DNA of 63,614 nucleotides, filler included, from Conidiobolus incongruus B7586 (GCA_000697335.1; 21 parts of 21 records of this genome joined end to end with filler, not necessarily neighbours in it); one strand, 5' to 3'. Numbered from the whole stretch's first letter, positions 27,989 to 41,392 are shown. Numbers and translations: made by a program. Notes: generated by a model not told the origin, from the letters alone.

Positions 27989-29552
27989 CACTAACCTACA
28001 AGAATAAGCTATAAAATTAAAAACACTTATATTTTTATTATTAACTTTATTAATATTTAATAAAATAAATCTAAATTAAATAATTAAAATCTATTATATT
28101 ATAATTATATATATCATTAAATGATGATATTTAGCTATTAATTGGCTAAAATATAAACTATTAAATTTTACTTAGGGTAAGTTATAAATTTGTGGGTTTT
28201 TGGTGATAAAAAAAATTAAAACTTAGTGAATCAACCTTTAACATTTCTAACTTCTTTAAGTTTGTAGGGTATAAAATCAACTAATTTCTTATACTAAGAA
28301 AGGTTAATTTTGTTCTATGTTTCTTAACCATATTCTTAAAATTAATCTAAATTTTTTACTTGGGGGAAAATTTTAATAGCTTTTTTTAACTGATTCTAAA
28401 AGTCTTTAATTAGATTAAAGTTAAGAGATTAAAGAAGCTACTTTATAATTATTATCTTGTTATTTTTAAGCTATATAATAATAGAAGCTATAATATAGCA
28501 AGAGGCATTATCTTACTAGATAATAATATTAGATTTGTTTAACCTATATTATTCAATGGTTTGTTTCAATTTATTGTTTAAAATACTTTAGTATATTTTA
28601 ACATTAATTCCCCTATTAACTTTACAAAGATATTTTATTCCTAAAGACAATATATATCCTTAAATAATAATTAACCTATTATTATACTTTTGGGTAGAAT
28701 TAACATAATATTCACAAAGTAATTTTGTATCTTTTTTATAGCATTTAACTTTTTTATTAGATTTACTAAAATATATTTTTATTTCATTAGACTATATAAC
28801 CTTACTCTAATTAGTTTTACTTTAATATTAATAGCAATATTTAAATTCTTACCTAGTTTTATAATAGGATTTTTTTAGTTGGGGGTGTTTTGTCTTAAAA
28901 TATAAATAGTATCTATACCAACATAAAACATATATAATAATATTTGTGCTAACTATTTTCTTATATAGTTTTATAATTCCTGCTATATTTCTATAGCAAT
29001 ACTATATTTACCTATACTAACTAACCTATAGATATACTTATCATATTTATCTATAATTTTAGAATATTTAAGTTTAAGTTTAAATGTTTCTTTATTGCTA
29101 TTCTTAACTGCTTTAGCTATAATAAACTAACTAACACTAGTAATTCTAGCAATATCATAAGTTAATTTACCTTTTTTATAAAGTTGATTAATATACTAAA
29201 GGATTTTTTTAAAGAGAGATTTAGGTATAATGATATTAATAAATAAATTAATATATTAATAAAATATTATATAAAATAATAGCAAAGAGAGAAAAAAGAT
29301 ATGGTTATATATTGTTAAATATATCCCTTTATCTTAAAAACCTGAAAATTTATAACTCTCCTTAGTTAAATATTAATGATTAATATTTTTGCTAATAATT
29401 TACTAAATATATCTAAATATATTTATTTATTATTAAATAATATACTTTAATTATATACTATAGTTTTTAATAATCTAATATATATAATTGTTTTAGTTAT
29501 TAATTAAAATATATATATTTTTGATTTTATATCTCATTTTTGTAATTTAGTA
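27989..29552 (-). mobile_element. Full-length (1564 bp) Tc1-like element family B, inactivated
   Basis: TA|CACTAACCTACAAGAATAAGCTATAAAA ... TTTTATATCTCATTTTTGTAATTTAGTA|TA; DNASCY and PQLKKS relics on the minus strand. Confidence 0.92.
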
Positions 29553-30108
29553 TATAAATATAATATCATTTGCAATTAAAAAAAATTTTATAGANNNNNN
29601 NNNNNNNNNNNNNNNNNNNNNNNNNNNNNNNNNNNNNNTTAATTAATTAANNNNNNNNNNNNNNNNNNNNNNNNNNNNNNNNNNNNNNNNNNNNAATTTT
29701 AATTTAATATTATATCTGAAATATAAAGAATTTTGGATTTGATAATAAATTTTATAATAAATAATAATATCCAAAAAATATTAATAAAGTGATTAATTAT
29801 TATATATATAAATTATAGTATATATAATAAAATATTTAAAATATATATATATTAAATCAATTAATAATATAAAAATAATTGAAATTGAAATTAAGGATAT
29901 ATAAATATTTAATATCATTAACAAAAATCAAATATGCATTTATATTCAGTATGAATAATTGAAGGATTGATTTTGAAAAAAAGGTCAGTAATAAAAGGTG
30001 CATTGTAATTTACTGAATAAATACTAATGATAAAAAGAAATTGAAAATAGTAGGATAATAAATATCATATATGGAATTATTTTTATGATTGAATAAATTG
30101 ATTTTAAA

Positions 30109-30849
30109 TTATTTTGAGTTTTTAGCATATTTTTTCTTACCATAATCAAAGGGAATATAGCGATATTGAATCATATGTTGAATCTGTCGTCTCATTGTCA
30201 AAACAAATAAGAAAATGAAATAAAACAATAAAATAGGCCAGAAAACGGGAACGTCCAAAGCTTTAAAAAGTGTACAAAACATTGAAATTAAAATAGCACG
30301 AGTGGAAAGATGCCTATATAAACAAACGTGTGTTAATTAATGGAGGTATGTTTAAAATTATTATTCTTTAGATAAAAACCACTGCAATATAAATCAAAAA
30401 ATTGAAAATTAATCTTACCAAAATTTGAATTCTGGAAGTCTACGAATAAAAGGACGGAATTCATCAGAATTTCTCATTGGTAGAATTGGACCATCTTCAT
30501 CCTCTTGACTTTCTAGTGCCTCTAGAGCAGGATCAACTTTGGGAGTTAAAAAGGCCAAGAATAAATTTAGGAGATAAATGCCCAACGCATAGGCAACAAT
30601 ATACCATCCCTCAGCCCAAACAATACGAACCATAAATAATACAGCTAATATCACTGTGGTGATCCATCTCTGAGTCACAAAAGGAGTAACACGATCTAAA
30701 AATTGTTGATAACGCTAAAATAACTGTTAATATTTGATTGATTAAGTCATAATCCAACTTACAATTCCAGCTTTTTTAAAAAAATGCTCAATATGACCAG
30801 CTGCACTGTGTTCTTCAGTAATTCCACTAGATGTACTTGGAGTATTCAT
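30109..30849 (-). CDS. RER1: Rer1 Golgi-to-ER retrieval receptor, 195 aa, 3 exons (30849-30763, 30714-30419, 30313-30109)
   Basis: Spliced at GT-AG introns; motifs [86 protein letters not shown]. Confidence 0.97.
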
Positions 30850-33287
30850 AATTCAATTATTATTTTGATTATATAAATTAAATAAAGTCAAGCAATCTAC
30901 ATTACTTTGATATTTTGAATACTTTGTTTTTTATTTAATTTTAATGGGATTTGATATCTACTGATATATCCAATCAAAATTCAACATGATATTCAATAAA
31001 AATGATCATTGATCAGAATTAAAAATTGTTAGTAATAATTAATCAAATGAATTGAAAGCATCTTATTCATTATGATTGATCTTAAGTGTTAAATGTATTT
31101 TTAATATTTAATTAATTGATAATACTAACCCTATATATAATATATTTTATGGAACAATATACATTAGTCAATAATAAGTATGTTTGATATAAATATTGCA
31201 ATTTGTATTTTCATATTATTCAGTTCATATTTGATATATTGAAAACTGATATGTAACTGCGCAAATTTATGGACTAACAAATATCATTGAAAAAGTAGAA
31301 AAGAACTATATATAGCAATAAAGATATCTTTATTATATTATGAAAAGTGAATAATTGAAAAAAATAATATTTAAATACTTTGAAAATATGAATTTATCAA
31401 AATCTATAATGCTATATAATAGCATATCAGTTTATATTCATTTTCTTATTATTTATAAATCTTTTTTTCAAAATTACAAATAACACTCAAATTAAATGTT
31501 AATAATATGATTTTTAGTTTCATTCACATACAATGTACCCTTGTATTTTCAAATCTGAGTATTTGTATCTATTAAGATATATAATACTTACTCTCATTCT
31601 TAAATATCAGATATTTTTATTTGATTGGATAAGATTAAAAAGAAAGTTTCGAAAGAGTTAATTGGTCATGTGATGTTTGATTTAATATAGAATTAGCAAT
31701 TGTTTACTTATTGAGTGTACAGGGTATTTTATTAATAATTAAATAAGCTTATTATATTGTAAAGCAAATTAAAAGTAGTTGTAAGAAGACTGATGAGCAT
31801 AAATATCAGCTTCAGAATTTTATCTCGATTGTCGGAGATATAGGTGATGTGTGCTACAACAGCTTGACGATTTGGTTTCGTATACGCAACTAATTGTAAA
31901 TCTGGTAAAGTGAATCAAGTGAGTACCATGGGGTAAAATTATACAATGATGAACAAAATAATTAATAATAAAGGATTGTGAGGAAATCTTTTATTAACTT
32001 AAGAACTATACTGAATGTAATAAATTATGATATAGTAGGAAAATAAGTTTGGTAACACGCTGATATGGAAGTTTTATTTTTAAAAGTTCTGAAGGTAGAT
32101 GTGAGAATAATTTGTAGTAGTGCTGTAGTTTGGATTAGTTGAACCAAAAATCAGAATTCTATGCTAGAAGCTACTAGTGTGTTCAAGAGTTTTTGAAGAA
32201 GTGGCTGAATCATGGTATATCATTGTTGTGACTCTCAGGACTGGTTCTTTATCCTCGTTTGTTTGAAGGAACTGGATGCAACAGTAACCAGAGATCAATG
32301 TTATACAAATGATACAAATATTTGTTTAATTAGTCATTATATCATTGCAAATGGCAAAATTTATACAACACCATATATTCATAATGGTTTAAAAACATGA
32401 ATGAAAATAATTCAAGTAAATCAGTTGATATATATAATCTAAATAAATATTGATATTTTTGAAAAAAACTTTTATGCTTCATACAGATTATATTTTGTAA
32501 ATGAAATAGCATCAATATTTGAATACAAATTATTTTTGAGCAAAAGTCTTTAAAGTATTTCTATCATATCTCCACAAAGGTATATTATAAAATTCAAACC
32601 ATGATATAAAAGAATTCATTAAGATTTTGTATTACTATATTATTTCAAAATAAATTTGCTCTTCAATCAATTCATATCAATAACTTTGGCCCAATCAATT
32701 ACTTTTTTTAATATTTTGCTTATAATTAGAATTTGTGATGTTGAATCTGATGGAAATTTAAATTACATAATCGCCAATAAAATGATCCCATTCCCTAAAT
32801 TCTACCACTCAGCTCAAGTACAAATTATCTTTTTGTGTTCAACTATTTTATCAACAATCCAAATAACATTCATCTGAATATAAAAATCAAATGAATAAAA
32901 TATATTTAAAATAAAAAATTTCATTAAAAATCTACAAAACCATTATTAGAATATATTTATAATAAGAGCAATTATATGAAAATTGATTTTACAGCTGTTA
33001 TTATAAGCTATTAAATTTTAACAACGAAAATCTTCATATGCTGAACATTCAAAATGAAAATTTTTCAATATGAATCATTAATAAAAACAATAGCATAATA
33101 GAATTCTTGATTACACATGTATTAAATAAGTTAATTGATGTAATTTAAAAGATATGTTAATGATAATGTAATTAGAAATTTAATATATCCTGATAATATT
33201 GTAGAAAATAAAATATATGACATGGTGATTTATTATAAAGTATAATAATACAATTCAATGTGAGTAGTTATAGATACAAAATAAGGA

Positions 33288-33467
33288 TTATTCTGGGCCA
33301 GTCTTGCCATCTTGATGTTTGGCTTCTTTAATCGCAGCATCTGGAATATCGGTATCTGGATTATATTCAGAATGAGTCATATCACTTATTTCGTCTTTAA
33401 TTTTGTCAATAAGACCAGTAACTCCGCTTGACTGTTCGTTGTCTGAATTTTGATTTGGATGAGTCAT
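33288..33467 (-). CDS. 59-aa small hydrophilic protein (hydrophilin/LEA-like candidate)
   Basis: MTHPNQNSDNEQSSGVTGLIDKIKDEISDMTHSEYNPDTDIPDAAIKEAKHQDGKTGPE*; GC island coincides with the ORF, AAAATG start context, TATAAA ~45 nt upstream. Confidence 0.7.
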   Translation of the reverse strand: MTHPNQNSDNEQSSGVTGLIDKIKDEISDMTHSEYNPDTDIPDAAIKEAKHQDGKTGPE

Positions 33468-34428
33468 TTTAATAACTTAGAAATCTTATAATTACATATA
33501 GGATTATTTATACTAAATCTCATACACTAATATCACCATTAATGAAACAAATTATTTGTTAGAGTTTGATGATGTCATTTTTTGTAATCATTTTTTCACA
33601 TAAGATTTAATCAAAATTACTTATTATATTTAGAATTAGAAAAGAGGTTGTAATAATGAGTAAAGATATTTTAATTTAATAAAAATACATAATAATATTG
33701 AAAATGATATAATTGTCAAGCCTATATATAATTGTATACTCGAATATACTTTTTATTAAAAAATTATCAAGCACTAGGTTTTTTTAATATCTCTTATACT
33801 TTGTATATTTAATGATTTAAAATGTCAACTGATTTATAATCAATTAGATTTAAATTGCAAATAGTAAAAACTAAGTTGATTATGATTTTGTTATTCTAGT
33901 TGATTTACTAAATTTTCAAAATATTTTATTAATTTTTTGAATTAAGATGCATGGATATAAATAATATTCTTTTGAAAATATGAATATTTTTTTAACTAAC
34001 AATATATTAATGTTGAGAAAGTTTAGATATATGATTTTGTTAGATGAAATTTAATGTTGAAATAAAATGGTATAGTTTTGATAATAACCTAAATTCAAAC
34101 TATTTAAACAAACCTTATTGAAAAAGGGAAAACAGGTGAATTCTAAAAAGCATATTGGCAAATATTTTTTAGACAAAATTAATATTTTATGATTTGTCAG
34201 GTACAGTAGTAGATTTAAAATATTAAAACATAACGAAATATTCTCAGCTTAGGTTGATGAATTTTTATAAAATATTATACAGTTACATTGGTATGGTTCA
34301 ATTTTTCTAATCATATTTGAATTATGATTAATGATGATTTGACATGCCTTTTCAATACAGAAAATGATTGAAAATAAATTCTGATGAAATAAGATTTATT
34401 AAATGAACTGGACAGCAAATAAACAAAT

Positions 34429-35835
34429 TTAAGTAATACCTTGTACACCTAGATTTTCGAATACATTCGTGACAATTTGTCCTCCAAATTGATCATAAAA
34501 ATCTCCAAGTCCTAGTCCATTAATCACACCACTAACTGAACTCGACATTGATGCGTGTAATTTTGGACCAAATGATGGATCTTTGACTTCAGGTGCGATG
34601 ATATCAGAAGCTAGTGCGTCTACGCAATATTGCGTGAGCACTGCAAAGTAACGTGGGACGTCTAGCCAAATCGATATATCTGCTACTCATAAATTTCTAA
34701 TACTAAGAACTTTGAAATAACCATTTAGCACAGCCATTGGATCATCGCCTCAGCTTATTTTGTAAATACCAGCATTATGATGGCCCACACAGTTTCCTGA
34801 ATGTGTTCCAAGAGTTATTCATCATTCTCAATCTTGTATCCAAGAAGAAATTTGGTGTAATTAGTGTTTAATAGGAGAATTACCAGTCTGATTTTTATGA
34901 TTCCCTGGATCAATGTCTGGATATTTTGTTCTGCATGGTGAATAAACATGTTGAAACTGATGTCTGGGGTGTCATTGGGATCCTTAGTTTTGAGCATTGC
35001 TGTTCTAGCCTGATTTTCGACTTCAGTATTCTTGACTAAAAATGATAGAAAATTTTTATTTCCTGCCGCAGCTTTGGCCAATTCTTTTTCGAATCCTGTG
35101 AAATAAATAGGCGCCGTCAGAACAAAAACGTCAGGATTAATCATTGATTGGTTGAAACTGAGAGTATTTCCTGTGAAAATGTCACTGAAACTGTAAGGAC
35201 CAGTTCCCAATTTCGTTACTTCCACCATACAAGAATCAGATCTACCTGTTTTGAATTTGTACACTTTGAGCAAATCAAATATATTAGGAAAAGCTGCATT
35301 CACAGTCCATTCAATTTGATCGTGGAGGTTCCTTTTCAAATCAGACAGATATTGCTTTGCTGGGATTCTCATTGCCTCCAAATGCTCCTTATCTCCAACC
35401 CCACTCAACATCAAAGTTTGTGGAATATCGAAACTGATTGCGGAAACAATCACCTCTCGAATTGAATACGCTTCTCCTGGAATACCTATTGAGTATGGCC
35501 TTGATCTAGGGCTGGCTCTGTATAAATAGGCCGCTCTTCTGTATGTAACGTTTTTAGCCACTTTATTACTGTCACTGATAATCTCAGTAACCAACATGTC
35601 TGTCTGAATGGTCAACGGATAGTATTTGTGACATAATAAGCATAGTCCCTTGGATCAACTCTTTGGTATCCTCTATCAACGCAGTCAGAATTGGATGGAA
35701 CTAAATAGGATCTCTCGTCAATTGTTGTTAACTGGACAACTGAATAGTTGTTGATACCTCCTCTCAATAAACTTCCAACAACAGCATCCTTCAAGATTTC
35801 TTTGGTGTTATCCAACGACTTGTATCTTGAGCAAG
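34429..35835 (-). pseudogene. GMC oxidoreductase pseudogene, 5'-truncated
   Basis: REVIVSAISFDIPQTLMLSGVGD, NLHDQ, DPNDTPDISFN, GHHNAGIYKIS*GDDPMAVL, RNL*VADISIW. Frameshifts near 35612 and 34785, three in-frame stops, no N-terminal GxGxxG. Confidence 0.88.
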
Positions 35836-36508
35836 CAATTAGCAAAAATAAATAAATAAATAATTTAATTTGAATTTTCAAAACATATTGCTTTTCTTAG
35901 GGTATATATGTAAAGAATTAAGTTATATTCAATTCTAAAGATAAAAATCATATTATAAAATAAATGGCAAGTTTTGACATTATTGGTAAATATTGCTTTA
36001 TTTGAATGAACAGCATTATTTGAGATATTTAAACCACTAAATATAAACATAATATTTAGGCAAAATCATTTGAACTTCTATATTCTAAATTTAATGTCAC
36101 TTAGTATATGTTATAATACAACACTATTAGACATTATATTCATTTAAATAAACAATATTTAATTTAGATATTGTTTTTTAATTAGCTAATTTAATTGACT
36201 TAATTCATACACTTGTGAATAGGATTTATTTTTTTCAACCTTTATCAAAATCATGAAAAACTAAATTATCTAGTTTTATATAATTTTATAATACATTGAA
36301 TAAAAATTTTATTTGAAAACAATGTTTAATTAATTGGTAATTTATTTAAAATTTATCAATTGATTTATTATTGAAATTAATAATATATTTATTGATATTA
36401 GAAACTATAATTTCGTATATTATATTATTTTATATAGTTATTTGATATACTTTCTGTATTCTCTTATTAATAGCAAAAATAAGAAATATTTTAAATAATT
36501 ATTATATA

Positions 36509-36730
36509 TACTAACTTACAAAAATAAGTTATAAAATTAGAATCACCTGTATAATTACTTATAACCTAGATATTTCTTAATTAAATTAATTTAAATTAAG
36601 ATATAAAATTTAAATATATTATTAAATGATATTTAACTATATTTGATTATATCTTAATAATTATCGATAATATATCAAAAAATCAAATTTAATTAATATA
36701 AGCTATATATTTATAGATTAATAAGTTAAA
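36509..36730. mobile_element. Family B2 terminal inverted repeat; remainder lost or in gap
   Basis: TACTAACTTACAAAAATAAGTTATAAAATTAGAATCACC... matches the 17065/18643 TIRs, including the inner TAAGCTATA motif. Confidence 0.7.
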
Positions 36731-39700
36731 ATTATAGAAATAATAAAATTTATAAATTTTCTATATTATATCATTATTAAATTAAAATTCTATATTATTT
36801 ATTATAATATTANNNNNNNNNNNNNNNNNNNNNNNNNNNNNNNNNNNNNNNNNNNNTTAATTAATTAANNNNNNNNNNNNNNNNNNNNNNNNNNNNNNNN
36901 NNNNNNNNNNNNTTTATGAAAGTATAAAATAATTGAAATAAGGATAATATAGTATGTAATAATATTAAAATGGGACTTTTTATTTATTATCTAAAATATC
37001 ATGCAGAAAATTTATTTTTGAAATAAATAATTTTTTTGATATTAAAGTTTTATATTGATAAAAATCACCTAGCATTTTTATATAAAATTTAGGATTTATT
37101 ATTGACAATACGTTATTAATTTTAAGATCTAAAGTTACAATGATATTATATTATTTTTTAATTTAAATTTTAAAATTATTATTATAAAAAATAAAAAGGT
37201 TAAATTTAATATCAAGGATAATATAACAAAGACTATTTTTGATTAAAAAGATCATTATAATCTTATTTAAATATATAATTATCATTATATCGGTTTAGTT
37301 CTTTTTTAAATGAATTATATTTATATAAATTATTTTGATATATTTTAAAAAGGTATAATATCTTTAATATTAATAAATATAAAGTAAAAATTATTAATTA
37401 GATATATTATTTTTAAATGAACCCAATAATAATACCATTATAAATATTTATTAATACAACTTAATAATTATAATATATTTTTTATAAAATCACTTTGATT
37501 TTAACAATGGATAACAAATTAAATATAATCATTAATGGAAAAAAGATTTAAATATTGAACTAGTAAATAGTATATTATAACTCAATATTTGTAATTTATA
37601 TTTTTAATTTTTGAATAAAATATAAACTATTTAATTCAATAATTCATAAATTAATTTCAATTATCTTTTAATAAAATAATAAAAAATTAATATTAGAATA
37701 GAAAAACAATGGTAATTCGTTTACTAAAATATATATGCAATATTTTAAATATCTTTTCATTTTAATAGTTCTTGGTAAGTAATATAATAAAAATAATATA
37801 AAAAAGACAATTTTTTATATTAAATATTCTGTTTATGATATAGTTAAACTCACTTCTAATACTATTTTTTAAGTCTTTTGTAATTTACTATTATAATATA
37901 AAATTTTCTGTGTAGTTAATATAAAATGGTTAATATAATATAATATTTTAATATTTGATGTTTTTTTCAATTTTAGTGAAATTTGAAATTCCATGATTTT
38001 CAGCTATATTTGTTTTTGTTTTAATTTAAAAATTATAGTATATATAGTATATAAATGAAATTATTAAATAAATCATGGCAATTTAAAATAATTTTAACGT
38101 AATTATACAATAATACATATTAATTGAGGATACTATATTTAAATTATAGTAAAAATTAGTGATATATATTATCTATTGAAATAGTATTACTGTAATTTAT
38201 ATTGTCAATTGAATGGCATTTTTACTAATCATAAAGTTTTAAAGAATTTAATTAAATAATTATATTATATAAAAATTATTTTTACTATATTTTTAAATTT
38301 TTTAAACTAATTTTCGTAACAAATGACAAATTCGGTTCTAATGATTAAAGTAGTCGCTTGTATTCCATTATTGGTACAATATTTTATTAATAATACGAGA
38401 TAGTGATCGAATTAAAATTTCAATAATATGAATTTGAAATTTATGATATTATTAAATTGAAAAATTCAAAATCTTTGGATTATAGTAAATTAAGGTACTT
38501 ATTATCATCAACAAGTGTAATGATAATTATATATTATTTAAGAAATATAAATTGTATTCAATTGAAATACTCAAACAAATATATATTAAAGTATTAATCA
38601 ATTTAATATTCATGGAAAATTTATTAATTGATTAAATTAGATAAATATTTCAATTTGAAAACTAGTTTATTAAATTAAACCTTGATATTCGCTCTAGCCA
38701 ATATAGTAACAATAATATATACATCGAAATATTAGTTATTATTATTTGATTTAAGTCAACTGATTGAATATAGTTGTCAGGTAATATATCATAAAGTATT
38801 GCATATTTTATAATCCAGTGGAGCTGATAATTGAGTCCTTATGAATTTATCATCTCTTGATTGAGTCCACACTACCATATTAGTTTGATCTTATTTACTT
38901 GATATAATATTTATTATATATTTATTCTAATTAAAAACATGATTTCTATACTTAATATATCTATTTTCATATATAATATGCTTATTAAGTTTAAATTAAA
39001 TTTTTTTCAATTATATTTTATTTGATCAAATTGAACTTGAAAGAGAATAAATAGGAAGAGCCTAAGGCATCACTCAACTGAAATCAACATTATGATAAAT
39101 TATTCTTTTATAATTTGATTTTGGGTATTTAAAATGGAATAGAAAAAGATATATTTTGAATTAATGAAATCCCTAAAACTAAAAGCTAATATTGGAACTT
39201 TTTAGAAGATTGTTAAGCTTTTTAAGTTGATAATATTAAGCATAATAATAATGATGCAGCCCGGGATGATCTGCACAGGTGAAGTTTGAAATTTAGATTT
39301 AAATAATTTGTTATTAATTAATTATCAAGAATATTATTTCAAATACATTGACTAATATTAAAAATAGTTGGTATGAAATAATTCATCAATATATAAATTT
39401 TTATTTTTATTATTCCATGACTCAATTTTAATCAAATTTATTATAACAGTATAATAATACATTTATATAATTTTGAATAATCAAAAATATAATTTAATAA
39501 ATTCTTATTGTAGCATTATTGATTTGAATTGTAATGAACAAATTCAAAGTTTATTAGTATAGGAAGATAAACCATCTTAGAGATAGGGTATTTTTCATTT
39601 TTTCATATTATCATATCCCAAAATTTCAAATTTAGGCTAAGAATTGAGGATATCTATATTAAATCAAAAAAACCTCACTTTGCTGAAAAAATTGAGGAAA

Positions 39701-40359
39701 AGACGAATTAATAATGAAAAACTCCGGTTTCAATATTATTTTTGTTTATCTCAATATCTCGATTCTGTTAAAATAATTTGATTGTTAATATTGCAAAAAC
39801 TGTGCAGATTTATTTAAAATTTGTATATTTTTTAAAAAAATAATGCATATATACTTTTCGGAACGATAAGTGGGGTAAATAGAAATTAAATCAAATACAC
39901 GGGATATAAAATATTGATTTAAAAATTTATTAAATACAAAAATAGACAAGATCAAAATATTCAAACAATTCAAACTTCAATGAACCTCCTTAATTATTCA
40001 AATAAGAATTGTTAAATTAATTTCAACTATTAAAATAAATCAAATATTCAATTTATATCCTAATTTATAATACCTCAAAAATCCTACTGGATAAGGGTGG
40101 TACTTTGTGCTACCTTGATTTTGTAGAACTTGACACGACATTAATCAATATTGGTTTGGGACATTATCATAAAACGATTATATCAAATATGTCTAAATAA
40201 ATCTAATGAGCCAATCATAGTTGGAGAGTGGTTTCAATGATTGGGAGGAAGGCCAACCACTTGATGTAGGCTCAGAACTGGATATATTAAGTGATCATAT
40301 TACACCATCAGTAAATATTTCGCAACAAGAAAACTTTAGTCAACCAATTTTGGTGATAG

Positions 40360-40367
40360 TATAAATA
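40360..40367 (+). promoter_or_regulatory. Candidate TATA box of the GPCR gene
   Basis: TATAAATA ~90 nt upstream of ATG 40454, downstream of a GC-richer region with CCAAT motifs; weak in AT-rich DNA. Confidence 0.3.
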
Positions 40368-40453
40368 ATTGTTAGAGTACTTCTTCTAAACAAACCTTTT
40401 TTAATTAATTAATTTTTTATTTTTTCAACCCACTTATCAAATGATATTATAAC

Positions 40454-41392
40454 ATGCATTCAGATCCTTATCCTTATAATTTGATACTCAATGTTCTGTG
40501 CCTGATCATATCTGTTCTGGGTATCACATTGTCTACTTTTGTACTTTCTATTATGATTAAAAAGGCTTGGAAATATAACCATATTGATATAAAATTGGTG
40601 ACTTTTTCGGTTCTTTTTGATTTCTTTAGCGGCTTGATCAGTTTCTTCAATTGTATTTGTAATTTTTTGGGTTATTCTGAATCTGTCCTCCAAGGCCTCG
40701 GTTGCAATATTAATGGATCTCTTATCGTGTTTACATACTTGGCATCGATTAACTTGGTGGGAATTATAGGTATTGAGAGATGCCTTTATATTGTCTACGA
40801 TATTGATTTAAAAGGTCTTTATTGCTTGATACTCGTTGGAGGTTTATTTATTCTCAACATAGTATGCTGTGCTATCGCTTGGAGCATGGGTATCTTTAAG
40901 CTCACCCCAACAGGAACCTATTGCTTTTATGACTTAGCAACCCCAGGAGGTGTAACTATAAGTGTAATGATTTTAATTTCAGCTTTTATGTCAATGCTAT
41001 TTGTCTATGTAGGCTATATTTTAATTGTTATCAAGAGAAGAGAAAGAGCTAATAATCTCACGACCCATCTTGGAGGTTTGCCTAAATCAATGCACAAAAA
41101 TTCAAAGGCAACAGTAGCTAGGTCCATTGCGATCATGTCATTCAGTACATTGACCAATACACCTTATGCTGTCCTTCTTATTATTAGTATGAATTCCCCT
41201 CACTTTTACACCCCTGCGGTTGATTTGGTATGTACTACATGCATTCTCTTGAACCAGGTATTGAATACTCTAATTATCATTAGCATGCGAGGTGATTTAT
41301 CTACAAGCCTCAAAACCATGCTGAAACTGCAAAAAAAATCACCGCAATCTATTAGATTGAAATCTATTTCATCATTAGTAGAAACTGCTTGA
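40454..41392 (+). CDS. Class A (rhodopsin-like) 7TM G-protein-coupled receptor, intronless, 312 aa
   Basis: Seven hydrophobic segments; TM3 Cys (GCNING), DRY-like IGIERC, ECL2 Cys (GTYCF), TM6 Pro (NTPY), degenerate NPxxY (VLNTLII). Confidence 0.85.
   Translation: MHSDPYPYNLILNVLCLIISVLGITLSTFVLSIMIKKAWKYNHIDIKLVTFSVLFDFFSGLISFFNCICNFLGYSESVLQGLGCNINGSLIVFTYLASINLVGIIGIERCLYIVYDIDLKGLYCLILVGGLFILNIVCCAIAWSMGIFKLTPTGTYCFYDLATPGGVTISVMILISAFMSMLFVYVGYILIVIKRRERANNLTTHLGGLPKSMHKNSKATVARSIAIMSFSTLTNTPYAVLLIISMNSPHFYTPAVDLVCTTCILLNQVLNTLIIISMRGDLSTSLKTMLKLQKKSPQSIRLKSISSLVETA

Noticed and set aside
39250..39290. ATGATG...hairpin as a C/D snoRNA
   Set aside because: No convincing D box (CTGA) or terminal stem.
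40454..41392. GPCR as an opsin
   Set aside because: No Lys at the TM7 Schiff-base position.
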